The notes beneath the pieces were generated by a model, which worked only from the letters and a program-made list of their open reading frames with translations, had not been told where the DNA came from and made no database searches. Shown here piece after piece: positions 13,801-27,091 of a stretch of 64,000 nucleotides of DNA. The stretch lies in NCBI GenBank assembly GCA_900088475.1, contig FLMG01003587.1:33381-97380 (forward strand), in the 5' to 3' direction. This DNA comes from Hyphochytrium catenoides. Its lineage: Eukaryota; Protista; Hyphochytriomycota. Position numbers and translations under genes: made by a program. Numbering within the stretch: position 1 is the first letter of the stretch; each line of letters starts with the position of its first letter.

Positions 13801-14139
13801 AACATCACCAAGATGCCATCTCTCGCCTTCTGGATGCCGTGAAGGAAGAAAAAGAAGAACAGGACTACATGGAGAGCTTTCTTGCTCCGGATGTGTTAAC
13901 TGAACTCATTCCATCCAGTACGCATGACACTTCCCCTCTTAGACCCAAGAGAAGAGGGGGAGAGACGAATAGTGCAAGTGTGTCTTCTCTTTTGAGGAGC
14001 CTTCGAGAGGCAAAGGATGAGATGAAGCACTTTGAAAAGGTATATTTCTCGGTGGCCAGGACTGCTAAAGTTTGATAAGCTAAGTCTCTCTCTCTCCCTC
14101 TCTATGCCACAGGTACTCCATCGGGCCTTAGAACTATAG
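4857..14139 (+). CDS. SAC3: SAC3/GANP (MCM3AP-like) TREX-2 mRNA export scaffold, multi-exon
   Basis: N-terminal exon rich in FG/SPFG repeats (4857-~6521). RRM-like exon (~6740-6932). SAC3/GANP domain motifs GIVGICTDMCPADERE, AIKRFQRSSA, VRPPSTLRRTLSYI, YNFVWDRTRMIRKDLILQN, ERISRYHI, ESEFRCYYIL, ATYLQACLM. E/R/K coiled coil at 10350-11100. IYWKMVFV resembles the MCM3AP-domain motif. Last exon 14113-14139 reads VLHRALEL*. Confidence 0.9.
7555..7830 (+). repeat. Two-copy ~30-aa peptide repeat inside the SAC3/GANP gene
   Basis: IPEGVSIPAGLPEEDIPSYLEAIGAQHSFG (~7561-7650) and IPPGVSIPAGLPEEEIPAYLEAIGAQHGFG (~7741-7830), with many third-position differences. Confidence 0.85.
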
Positions 14140-16991
14140 GTAGGCTGTAGCCATTGCTAGAACGACATCATTCACATTGTCGTGACCCCTGACACAAAGC
14201 CATCAGCGGAGCACTGCCAAGTAGTCTGCCTTCCTACGGCGAGGTGGGAGGTTGCGTGCGCCAGGGACTGTAGATAGGTCCAGTCAATAGCGTTCATATT
14301 TATTTTAGGATAAACAGAGATCAATTCCTCTCAGTTGTAGGCTTCACCCGAGCCTGTATCTTCCATCCCTCATGTGCTTGAGGATCATCAAATTCTCGTC
14401 CCGAGCGTTATTCCCTGTCTATTAAATCCTTTTTGTAGGATTTGGACATGCAGATGGACGACTCCCCCGGTCTCTGTCTGGAAGCCGAAGCGGTTGCTCG
14501 GCATGTAAACCGCTGTTGGATCTTGAAGCACCGGGGGAATGCCTAAGAAACTTGCTGTGCAGCACGCCTCAGGTTAGCCGGGCCAATGATAAACTCAAAC
14601 CAGTTGGACGCAAACCAGTCAAAGCGCACAGAAATCAAATCAAAAGTAGAGCTTTAAATATCTACAGGACTGACTACCTTGGAGCTGTTGAGCGAAGCTG
14701 CCCTTTGGCCTCCAAGTCACGACCTCAAGGTCATGCCAGCCGCTGGTAGTTGGAAGATGGCAAAAGCCGTAGCCCACTGCAGTATAAGACGAGGAAAGCT
14801 TCAGTCCGCGTGCAGATGGAAGGCATGCGTTAAGTTTGGATGGAAACAATAGATTCAACATCGGCCTTCAGTGTTTGTCATAGCCAAGTGGGAATAGAAA
14901 GTATCTGTGCCGAAGAGCTACCGATAGTGTTCCGTGAGTACTCATCCTGGCTCCAAACCTATACATGGGCTTAGTGTACGCGTTGTGCCTAAAGGTCGCA
15001 AGAACTCCATACCTCTACGTAAAGCTTCGGCCAGCCTCGGACAGAGTTGCAACCAAAGAAGAGGTCTATTGGACTGGACCATACAGTCTCACAACCGCTG
15101 GCGTCTGGGGTCAGCTCCGCATAGCCGGAGTTCTATATGTACGCGGATATCGAAGGCAAGGAGAAGGACAGCTATTTAGGGATGATGTACTAATGCAGCC
15201 TGAATAGAAAGGGTAAGGAGGAATAGGATCATACCCCTCCTATGTCAACGTGTGAGCTTCCGGTGAGGTCGCCACTAATCAGCGTCCAGTGACTTGAACC
15301 AGAGATAAACTTCCAGCGGCAGAATAGGTTCCTCTCCTGGAACTGGGATGCCCCTAGGATCTCCCCTATGATATGCACTGCGTCGGACCAATAACAGCAA
15401 TTAGACCTTTAGCCTTGCAACAGTCAGACGAGCATTAAGATAGCCATGAACAGAGGAAGAACGTTGGGATTAGTCTCATTGATCATGTTAACACAAAGCT
15501 TACCTTCAGGCATCTTACACTGGTCTCAGCCTTGCCCTATAATAGACGAACTTCCTAGCCCCTGATTTTAGACATAGCTAGACGCACTCCCATTTCTTTG
15601 AGGTCTGAACCTCGAAAACACTTTTGCGAGCGGAGACCCTACCCTTAGCAGAATTTATACCTCTTCTCACATTAAGAACCTAAGCCATATGTTGCGCGCA
15701 GTGGTAGTCAAAGTTGCAGCGTCTGCGAGCCCATAAATGATAAGAGGTTTCTGTTGGTGGCACAGCCCAATAGAGGCAGGCCGCTTGCCGCACTGCTTGG
15801 TCCTTCAACCTTCAACTTCCGTCTTCCTCTCCACTCGCAGCTCTCCACTGGCCGACGCTGTGGGGCGTTATTGTAACCCTTCAGAATCGCTCCTCTGCAC
15901 CGCCAGCTACACCAGCAAGAACCGCACAAACTACACAGGTCGACTAACAACATACACACAGAATTCTGATAGTAGCCATTACCGGCTATCGAGCAAAACA
16001 GTAGTAACGGAGATGAGGATGTCATGTCTGATGAGATGAGCGCGTTCCTACGTCTGGGATCCACGATCGCTGGGCTCTGGGGTCGCTGGAGGCTTTTCAA
16101 AGGGACCTAAGCAAGAGCTCTGAGAAGGCTAAGCTCGGTGTAAAGAATAGCGGCGCCTCCGGCTGTACTCGTAGGGCCCAGAGCAGTAGATGTCCCCTCG
16201 ACGAGAGCACTTTATGCCATTGACTCGCAGTCCCACAACCACCCAACCACCCGCGGTCGGTAAGTGGCTCTTTGCTCCGTGGAAAGAGATAAGATACTTT
16301 AAAGGTCAAGTTCAACACGGGGCTCACAAAGATCTTCATAGTTGAACGTGGTCGTAACTTATCCCAGTGGCAAGCAGTAGGTCGGCTAAAGAAGTTGGGA
16401 ACGAAGTTATGCAAGTATGGTAGAGCAGCGCATAGAAGACGTTATGGCTTTCCGTAAGCCAAGGCAGGCGAGGGCCTTACGACAACAGAGAGGTGACCAA
16501 GATGTAGGTTCTTCAGCCCGCCGACAGAGCACTGGGAAATGTCGAAAGGAAGATCTTGGTCCTAGCGAGCCCGACTTGTGAGGGTGAATGCGTAGTGGGA
16601 ACTTGACGGTGGTAAGAAAGATAGGAATGCGAGAGAGTACAATCAGCTAGTGCATGATCGGACGATCGTTCCATTTTGACCCCATCGGGGACTGCTCGTC
16701 TCACGCAGGAAGTGCTACAGTCCCATCCAGAGCTCCCATTTGAGCATAAGAGCGGTACCTAGTGAGTTATTTTGGTCGGAGTGGGCCCCGCTTCATAGCT
16801 GTTGTTGTCCTAAATGTTCAATGGAAGAAACTACGAACAAAACGTATGAATAAATAGTGTTAAGGGAAAGAAATGCCTCCGCATCCTGACTATGGCAAGA
16901 TGCGTCCAGGTCAAGGCTTTTTACTCAGCGCAAGGTGGAAAAAGCAAAAGAGTGGGTTAGCAAGAAAAAAACGGGAGACACGCAAGACCAG

Positions 16992-19900
16992 TTAATGCAT
17001 GCTGAAGAGGTTGAAGACAACAATGGGAACAGAGAGCTCTCGACGCACTTCCGCCACCACGCTAAAAATCCACTGTTCTGGGTAGAAAGAGGTCTCGGAG
17101 TGCATGGAGGATGAGCTGTCCAGAAGCGACGCAACAATCTTCTCTATGGCGGGAGTATCCGACGCCCTCCGGCGATGGGTGGGAGATGGTTTAGGGCTGT
17201 CCCGTTCTCTCTCCACGACATCTTCTTTCCCTTTCAGCGGCCTCCCACTGACTCTTTCATATATGCGCCTGTACTGAATCTTAAGGACCTTAAATACTGC
17301 TTGGATGGAGCCGTTGGGCACGAAAAGTAGCACGCAATCGGGCCGATAAGTCATCAGATGGTAGACATAAGGTGAGGGGTCTACCAAATCCGCGAAGGTG
17401 AGAAGGACAACCGGAAAAAGAGAGAGAGAAGCCTGAATCTGTCGGTCCAAGCTTAAGAGATCGTCCTTGGGGCTCCGCTTTTTCTCCTGAACCCTTCCTC
17501 TCTCTCCTGTCCCAGAAGTCTTGGACACGTCAATAAAGTGTAACATTCTGTCCCTTGCTAGTTCTGTTCCAAAAATGCCCTTTTGCATCACCAATTGAGA
17601 AGTGTAAGGGAAGACAGAGGGACCAACTGAGCTCACAGAGACCGAATAACGATCAATCGAGCATTCCGAAAATGGGAAGAGCTCTAAGGCTGAGGTTAAG
17701 CGATGCTGTCTAACTTCTTGGGAACTCTCTCCGCCCAGAAGGCTTTCCTGAAGGTTAGGCCTTCGCTGCGCTTCGTCGGCGCAGAGAGCGTGATAAGAAG
17801 GGAAACGAATAGTAGACGCTGACTCGTGGAGTCGTCGGGCTGGTGAGGAGAGCCAACGAGCAAGAGAGAGCAGCGAAGAGCAGCGGCTGAGCTCTATGGA
17901 GCCGCCATCTAGCATCGTTTCCCATGGAAAAGCCCCTAGTTGAGGGCTGCAGATCAGTGGAATTGCTCTCCCCTGACTTCTGCTAACACCGGCCTCCCGA
18001 AACACCTTCCATCTCTTCTTCCTAGCGTTAAGCTTGCCTAGCACCTTGCTCAGCGGAGCTGGGACCTCCTTCAGAGAAAAGCTCCTGCGGGAACGCACAG
18101 GAATGCCCTCGGTATCGTCTCCCGGTGTCTCGATTAGATTGTTATTGAGCTTTTCTTCGGTCTCTGCCATTATCTTTCCCCCATCGTCCGTTCCTGTTCT
18201 TCCTCTCGTTTCCTCGAAGGCTTCAAGGCTGTCACCGCCGGTGGTTGCGAGTTGATCTATCACAGTGAAGAACAGTAGAGGTGCTCGAAAGAGTGAGTTG
18301 AGTCTGCCTTCTACGTAGGCTTTTCTAGCCCTTACGCCTCCACCCCATGATGACTTCTTTGAGAGACAGGCATCCCGCATAAAGTGTCTTAGTACTTCTA
18401 TCCCTTCGCGGGGGACGTCATACATATCGGAGCCCCTCCTCAATTCCCCCCCGTTCTCCCTTAGTCGCTGCTGAGGGCTCCGTGGAGGCAAAGGAGAAAG
18501 ACGCCCAGATGTTTCTTGGAGCAGGTCGTCCATTGGAGAAGGCTCATCAGCCCCGAGCTGATCAGAAGGAGATCCGTCTACCGTCCTGACTCCCTGGCTT
18601 CCTTCTCCTTCTGTGACTAGTAGATTCTTCCATCCTTGAGGAAGCCTAAGGTATTTCGCCCTCTCGTCAGAGTCAGACGAGAAAAAGTCGATTATTCTCT
18701 GTGAGAGCATAGAACCGGAGAATGGAGAGTAGAGAACGACGAACCCGTCAAAAGTGATAGCATAAGAGAGCCGAGAAAGGAGAGAGAAGTCTTCTCTATC
18801 TTCTCCTCTACTCTCCTTTGTGTCGAAGAACGACAGTAATAGAGGTAACATCGAGGGTGGAGACAGGGCTTCCTCCTCAGAGATCAGAGACAACCTCTCC
18901 ATGAAAGTGTGAATGTTCCTAATGGTCTGCAGAAGAGCGAGCCAAGTGGACAGAATGTCAAAAGCCTTTTATTGGCGGCGAGGCAGGACGGTCGACTCAG
19001 ACCTACATAACCCTAGAAAAACTGTAAACTCAAAGCCCTAGAGAGCAAAGCAGAAGGGTTGTGCAATGAAGATCGGAGAGGGACCTACCCTGAAAGAGCA
19101 TCTCACGCTCTCACTGTTTCCAGAGTCTCTGTGGCTTATGATCCCGGCGCGCGAGAGTTCTTTTGAAATTTTCACCACTAGTCTCTCATTCGAGCTGGTT
19201 GCATCCTTTACTTCGTCGCGGCTATCTCTTCTGCTGGGTGAGGGTGAGCCTTCGACGCTCCGTCCACTCTCCTGCTTTTTAGAGCACATCGGTGGCACTT
19301 GCAGATTAGTGGGCGGAAGATAGAAATCTATGGGAGAATCTAAGTAGTGGTGGTAGGTCCTGAATATGCAGGGCAGATGTCACAACCCTATTTTCCAGGA
19401 AGATGTCGGAGGCCATAGTGCAAGCAATCTAGTGGTTCATTTAGTCAAGTCGTACCAGGATGGATGAGTTTAGCACCGACGGATCCGGAGCTATGGGAGG
19501 ATATGTTCCTGAGCGTCCACGAACCGGGACAGCTGGCTGGTCCCTAAGAATCAGTCTGAGCGTTATATCTCCAATATTTCCGTCAACTTGACGCACAGGA
19601 CTTGAATGACAAGTAGGGGAGGACAGAAAACGAACGCAAGGCAATGATAAAGACGGTGTTGTTGATGAAAAGACAGACCTGCGGAAGCTGAGGAGAGGGT
19701 TTCCCGTGTCACTCTTGTTTCTTCTATGTGTTGGCCCTGGGCCACTCTGGGGGGGATAAGGTGTATTGTGCGCAGCAAGAGAAGATCGACGGATTGAAGC
19801 TGGAGAGAGAGGAAGGGGAGGTGGAGGAGAAGAAATGCTGCCCAGGGTAGATGAGCTCTCTAGCCAAGCCTGAGCGCTCGAGACGCCTCCCAGTGCCTCC

Positions 19901-22900
19901 ATATGGTCAGAACAGCTATAGCCCCTTTGAGTTTCTATCCTGCTCTCCCTCCTCCTCCTCTGCACTTGAGACTGCGCCGAGATGAGAAGGTCCAAAAGGG
20001 GGAGGTGGGTATTCACCAGATCCTTCCCAGAGACAAACATGAATCGAACGAGCTGGGCCAAAACCTCTAAAACCTTTTCCGCTAGTGAAAGTGAACAAAC
20101 ATTGAGCGTAGGGATAGCATGATTCGCAGAGAAGAGGGAGCAGAAGAGCTCTTTGGCCGCTTGCCAATGTGCTTCACCATCCTTCGTTTGGCCCTTCAAA
20201 ACAAAAATCTCAGCGTCATGAAGCTGGAGCGAGAGGAGTGAAAATATGTCTAGGGGCAGTTCCTTCCCTAAATTCTTAGCAGATACCAACATCTTTTCCA
20301 CTGTCGTGAGGTCAAGGGACCAGCACGCACCGACATCTCTACTCTTGTCGTCCTTTCCTCTAATTTCTTTCTCTTCCCCTTGGGCCGTTGGAGGAGGAAC
20401 TCCTTCCAACCTTCCCGGACTCTCCGAATGATCGCTCCAACTATCCGAAGCCTTGAAGAAGGAAGTAGGCTTGAACGTCATACTCAAACTCCTCTGGATG
20501 GGAGAATGCTTGCCTAAGCTCCCTGTTCTTCCTTCCCCTGTCACGATATGGGCAGTCACGTCAGGTCGCCGAAGTCGTACCGCAAGCCTTTCTTTCTGTT
20601 CGGCCTCATCCTGTTTTTCTTGCAAGAGCCTCGTCTGCGATAGAAGTTCGCCCATAGAGAGAGAAAGTCTTCTCCTCAATGCCTTACGCTGCATGCGATC
20701 GTCTCCTGCCTGTTTGAAGCCTTCAAACGCGACATCGTAGCTCCGTAGAGCATCCCACAGAAGCTCACCCTCTGTTAGATATTTGGGGACCCACCAGCAA
20801 GTCAAGGAGCTAGGTGGGAGGCCAAAAGGGGAAGAGGAGAGGAAGCATTAACTGGCAGACAGTATCTTCGGCGTCATTGCAAAAGCGATTGCCAAGCGGT
20901 AAAAAGTGAGCAGGATGGAGACGTCTGAGGGATCACCAACTCACATGTTTGCATCTTTTCCCTGTTTTGGACTGAGCGCCAGGAGGGACATACCAGGCGG
21001 CTGACAGATCAAAGGAAACATAGGTATGGAACGAGAGGCCTGAAACACTCGTTGCAAAATCTTTGCCCTAGAGAATAAAATAGTAGGCAGATCCTGCAGC
21101 AGGACATTCCGTTAGTGGTATGGAGCTCATCAACAACCTCTTTCTTGCCCATAGTTCCGTCAGCCGTATACTAGTTCTCTCTGATGTACAACATGGCCAG
21201 TCTCATCTTTGTGCTCACCGGAGACAGCAAATCGTGCGCCATTTGGGCTGTGGCCGCAGCCCAGCCCAAGCTTTGGCCCCACTGACCCCGTTGAAGGTTG
21301 ACCTTGGCTTGTAGAATACCCAGATCGCCGTTTGAAGAGGCTGAGACAATAGCAGAAATACGGGGAAGGCAGGACTCCAACTGGTTCCCTGCCAAAATCG
21401 GTTATAGGGAAGCATACGGTGGAGACAGAAGGTACGGCCGTGAAGGGGACAAAGAGACCAGAACAACGATACGTTAAGGAGCTATTTTCCTACAACGGCG
21501 ATGAGTCCTGCCTCACAATCCCTCATCTTCCCGTACCTGCGTACAACGGTGGGGAGGTGGACCAGCCTCGAGGTCTGTTCAAGGTGGGCGATTGAAAGGA
21601 CTGTCTGAGCCCACTGATTTTGTCGATAATCCTAAGGGCTTGAGAGGGGCTTCCGAGACGAAGGAAAGCCTGACAGATGAGAATCAAATATCGACAGCAA
21701 TAAGACGAGGCGGAGACTAGACAACGTTCGGATGAATGAAGGCTCAGACCCTCGAGAGATTGTCCATGGAACATACGAGACAATACAAAGCAGTTGCGAA
21801 GAATAATATCTAGGCTCACAATAATCGAGGTAGCAACGAAAGAAGAGCGCCTCTATCATAAGCCATGGATATCGAGACCATCACACAATTCGTAAGAAGG
21901 GGCAGCTGAGTACATACAACGTCAAATAGGCAAGGAGATTGTTAGGATCAATGTCAAAAGGGCAGTGCGTGTACCTTAGCTAGCCAGGAACAGACCGCCA
22001 CTTTTCTGCTCATAAGGTTTTGGCTTCCTCCGCCTGCCATTCCACCCCTATACGCTTCTAACTGACACAGCAGCTGCTGAAGCTGGCGGATTGCGCTGGA
22101 AGTATGACCCAGCTTTAGGCGCAGCTGAGCACCTTTCAGGGTCAATTGCTCGAGGCGCAGGCCATATTCATACATCTCAGCCTTCTTAGCGTGGACCAGC
22201 CAAGCATCAGAGTATCGATAGTCAGTAAGCCAGCTCTTCAAGAAACAGAGAGGGCAACCACACAGGCAAGTGCCTCAAAACAAATATAGGGGTTGGGGTA
22301 AGATTATAGATGGAAGAAGGGGTAGATAAGCCATTATGGAAAGGAGTGCGGAGGAGAAGGAAAGATCGGGGATGAAGCCGCAGACGACACATACTTCGTC
22401 ACTCATGCATTTGAGTTCCTCTTTGAGGTATCGCACGGCTTTTTGAAGCTCTTGAGAAGCCGCTTCAAAGTCTCCTAATTCTAGATGACTTTTGTAGAGC
22501 ACGTCAACGATGTAAGTCACCTTTAGGAGATAGTGTGAGATTCGAAGCGTCAGAGTCATGTCCTTCGCAGAAATGCACTGGTCACCATAGAAAAAGGGGC
22601 ATCTGTACGACTAGGGTCATAAGAGCTACGACCGTGGAAAGACGTAGGTTGCGCTGGCCAAGAGCGTAAAGAAGAATAGAAGAAGACACCCGAGTTGTTC
22701 AGGCAATCTGTTCAGGAATGTACTATCGAGAGAACCGAAACATCTGTGACTTATGTGAGACAGTTGACCACAGCGATCTGTTTTACTATCTCTTCTCACC
22801 TCGTTGCTGGAATGCTGCCTCATACTCTCCTCCATTATTAGTCTATGGTAGGCTATAGACCGATGCAAGTCTGCAGTATCAATCGATAGGGTGGCTATTC

Positions 22901-25900
22901 TCCTTCTCGTCCTCATAAGTTCGTCCACTTCTCTGCCCGTCTCTTTGTAGAACTTTTCCATCTCCTGCAGAGTCCAGATTGCCATCTGGAGCTGTCTCGT
23001 TCCCGTGAAGCACAGCGACAAGCGGGACAGGAAGTTAAGAAACAAAATTGGGGAGAAGACGGCCGCAGGTACTGTCAAAGATGACATCAGTTGACTTGCC
23101 CACTTGGTGTCATGGTCCTCATTTCTTCTGGTGACCCAATCTGAGAGGTCGCTGAAAACTAGGTCGATTGGAGCATCTCTCCACAATAACGAGAAGCAGG
23201 GAAGAAGCGGATACGAACAATGCAGCATAACGCGCAGCTGCGAGCAAAGGCTCACAAGAAGAGTTTCCATCTCAGCGCATGCTCCAGCGTCGTCGAAAGA
23301 AAGCGAGGATACCAATGCCGCGCCAACCTTCAATCTTGGAAAAGACGCTCCATTTCTGTTGTCCTCCTCTTTCGCTTGCACCAGGCAAGACCAGCACCGA
23401 TGCAGGAAGTCAGTCCTCAGATACCTTAAGCGAAGTTGTTGAGCTGGGCTTTCTGCCTCCAAACTTCCTAGGGCGGAGGATGGAGGAGATGAGGATGATG
23501 CACCTGGAGTCCCAGAGTGCTCCCACGATCGTCCTAGGAGTACTTTAGATCAGCTCAGACAACTGTAGTCTCGGTCACATACGACTGGAAAAGAAAGGAG
23601 ACACGCTAACGCAACTTCAATGCTTCAGGAAGAGTTGGGCGAGCAAGATCTAAATCAAGATAGATCCACACATGGACGAGTGGATAGCAGCAATTACCAT
23701 AGTGAGAAGCTTTCCCAGAGTCTCGCAGTCCCTCCTCCCCGACTATACTTTCCCCTTCTCTCAACTCTGAGAGGTCCTCGAACGTCAAAGGGGACACCCG
23801 TTGCTCATATAATTCATAAGAAGAGAAAATGCTGGCTAGAAGTGGATCAGTAGGATCCAAAACCGTGAGTCCTTCTCTTTCGCCTACACGCGCTTGAAGA
23901 ACTTCAAGAAGGAGGGAGGATAGTCTGTCGTGGATGTCATCCTGCGGCTTTGAAGCTTTTAAAGCGCAATGCGCCTCGACGTCAATCTTCACCAAACGAG
24001 AGGGAAAGGAGACAAAGAAATGGTGAGTGAAACGGCCCCATATGATTTGAAAGAGTGAGGGACGCTCCGGCTGCCAAGCGGCGAAACTTAGACCGGGCAG
24101 AGGATCAGGCCCTACTTTAGCTAAGCGAAATGCGAAAGTGGATGGCAATGGAACGATGCGGACGTTTGAGGATGTGAAGCAGATCGCACAGGACTCAAAA
24201 ATAGAGCAGTGGAGAGGTCTGACCTGAACAAATTTGAATATGTGGTCCAACGTCAGCCTCTCATCTCCCGTGTGCCTCAAGAGATTAACAATTCTTTCGC
24301 TTAGGACTTTTCCTAGCGCTTCTGACTCATTCTCAGAGCCCTGCTTTTTCTCCATCAACACCACGAACGCCACCAATTGAACTGCGAAGCCAGGAACATG
24401 GTCAGACAAGATAACAATCCGACGGAGAGGAGTACGAAGGCAAAGTCAACGCAGTGGACCCAGAGCATGAAGTACAAAACTAAAAATGTGCTATCAATTA
24501 AAGGAAGGCAGGCACGCTTATCGGGACAGGGGCCAGAGTCTATAGAAGGTACGATGAGCGGTCAGTAGTTTTCTCTTGGTACCATAGAGGTGCATCAAAC
24601 GACTATTTCCATCGACACCAGTGTCTACGATGTTAGGGCACTCTCGGTAGTGTTGCACGGCCGTTTGAGCTGACGACTCATCCGCAAAGACCACCAAACG
24701 CCTACTGAGAGAGACCATACGACTTCCCCAACCCTGAAGTGAGACAGCAATGGGAGGGTTAGGTAGAGGAGGGAATAAGGCCCTAGGAAACTTCTAGGAA
24801 CCTACAGCGCTTGTTGTCACTCTTGCATCGGTAATGTCGGAGCTGCTAGCTTCATTTGCAGAAAGGAGATCGGGAAAGAGGTCATCCCAGTCGGGCACTG
24901 GCTGCAGTAGGGACATGAGACAAGCAGAGCACGGGTAAGGTCACAAGGTATTGACGACACAGAGAGACGCTCTTCCATCCCAAAAGAATGAATAGATTTC
25001 CTATGTTGGAGGTCCCACAAGAGGTGACATTGACGAGCTTGAACAAGACGAGAGCAACTTCGGATCGAGGCTCTAACATAGATATTTTCCCTATCAGGCT
25101 CATCTAGCGAGCAAGGAGGGGCCACTAAGTAAAGTAACAAAAAGAAAATATAGCAGGAGAGAGACTTTGTACCACTAAGGGATCTTCTGCTCCTTGTGAA
25201 GGAGGCACTAGCTCTTTAGTTGAGATATCTCCCCGTAGGTATTGAAGAAGCCGCTCAGCGCTAAATCTGGTCTCTTCCTTCTCCACACGAAAGCTAGAGG
25301 CCGTCTGATGAAAGAAGTCCCGATAAAGAGTGGAAGGGCTGGGGATCCCCTCTGAGCCGGCGTCATTGAACTCTTGATCCCAATCTTCCTCTTCTTCCTC
25401 GGCCTCCATCTCTTCGATCGTCCTTGGCTCTCTTTCCTTCCCCTCGCCGTGTAGATCAGTGCTCACGGTTATTGTCAGTTGCGGAGGGGGAGAGAGCTCT
25501 ATGTCCATATTTCTTGCCCAAGTGAGCGCCTGCCATGCAACAGCTCTTGCCTCTGAAAGAGATGTGCAGAGAGCGGGGCGATTTGAGAAGATAGTTGTGC
25601 TCTTCGGAGACTTGAAGCAGTCTAGCAGGAGCCCTAGCGGTAGGTGATCGTCGTTTCCTAAACCTCCAACTGGTCCCATCTGTCCTCTGTTCCCAACAAG
25701 CGCCATAGAGCTCCTTGCTAGCCTTAATCCCACGGACCTTAAACCTATGGCCACCAGATACGTCCCCATAGCCACGATGCCAAGACAGATTTCCTTCACT
25801 GAGAGGACCCCTGAACATATTCCATTCAAAAGCAGCGCCGCAAAAAGAGAACTTTCGATGGTTTCTAAAGTGTCCCGGTTAAGATCTTCGGCTACGTTTG

Positions 25901-27091
25901 AGCCGAGCAAGGGAGCTTTTGAAAGCGAACCAGTCTCGTCCTCTCCACCAACAGGGAGCACCGATGACATGGAAGAGAGGAGTCGGAGAAGGGTTGCTTT
26001 CTCCTCCTTGTCTGGCGACAGTAGCTTCTGCTGCCAAAAGAGCATCCCGGAGACAATTAACTCCATCCTTCTGAATGCTTCAATTAATGAGAAGTCCAAC
26101 TTGTCGATCTCTCGCCCTTCCGCCAGCCCATATTCAACGCTTAGTAAAAGATCGAGAATCAGCTCCTTGAGTGGAGTGTCCTGTCCATTCGCCAGATCTC
26201 GGGAGGGAACTAGTTGGCTGCTCAAAGTAGGAGGCGGCTGAGTCTTCTCATCTGATAAGCGCCACCTGAAGAGAGCGGACACAGCCGCAAGCCGATCTCT
26301 GGAATCCTGCATTGATAAAAAGAAAGAGCAAATCAACTATCCGCCATACAATTCAAGGAGAGCACAGAGAGGAATGGGAGAGCAACATTGATCAACAGCG
26401 CAGAGGAATTTGAGAAACAGTTGATAGAGAAGCACGTGATCTACCTCATCATCATCTTTGAGGACCAAAGAGTGGGCTTCACAGTGACGCTCCAACGCAG
26501 CTATTGACATTGTTTATGATCAGGTAAGGCCGAGTGGTGCGAACACGAATTCTTAGATAGCGAGAGAAGAGAACTGGATTGGTTGAACAGCCAAGAACAG
26601 TCCTTCGCAGAGCAGAGAAAGTGACAGCGCGGCGAGCTGAGCATCAAAAAATCGCCGAAGGACATCGAAAGGAGCCCAACGAACAAGAAGTAGGACGAAG
26701 AAAGCAATTGCCGACACAGTATCGTTTTCATCCTCCACCTGCAATAGCTCCACAAGCATCCTCTAGCGCCCTCACTAGAAGCTTCGGCGCCCTATACGTC
26801 TTCTGGAAGTCTAGACGATAGCAGAAGAGTGAGCTAAAGTCATTCACTCTTAAAGAGATCGCATCGTACCGCTTCTCTCTGGGATCGGCTCATTAGGAAG
26901 GGCTTCAAAGTGAAAATCTTGGTCCCAGGATTCTGCAAGGAAAGCGCAGTGAGAAAGTGCGAAGCAATGAAGGGAGAGAGATAATCTGCCAGAAGGTGCG
27001 AGCACTAGTGGAAGCAAGGCAGTTTAGCAAAGATATAGCACGTTTAAGGTATAGCAAGAGAGAAGCATGCGCTACCCTCAGCCTCCGCCAT
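16992..27091 (-). CDS. Large uncharacterised multi-exon protein, helical/TPR-like middle, possible degenerate CHAT/separase-like C-terminus
   Basis: Chain of same-strand long ORFs (25125-26336, 22626-23462, 19441-20805, 16992-18902) joined by GT-AG introns. Likely start ATG at 27091 gives MAEAE|ESWDQDFHFE. TPR-like segments include YKSHLELGDFEAASQELQKA, AQLRLKLGHTSSAIRQLQQ and QAFLRLGSPSQALRIID. The C-terminal exon contains LICSPQLGAFPWETM. Internal exon structure is only partly resolved. Confidence 0.7.
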
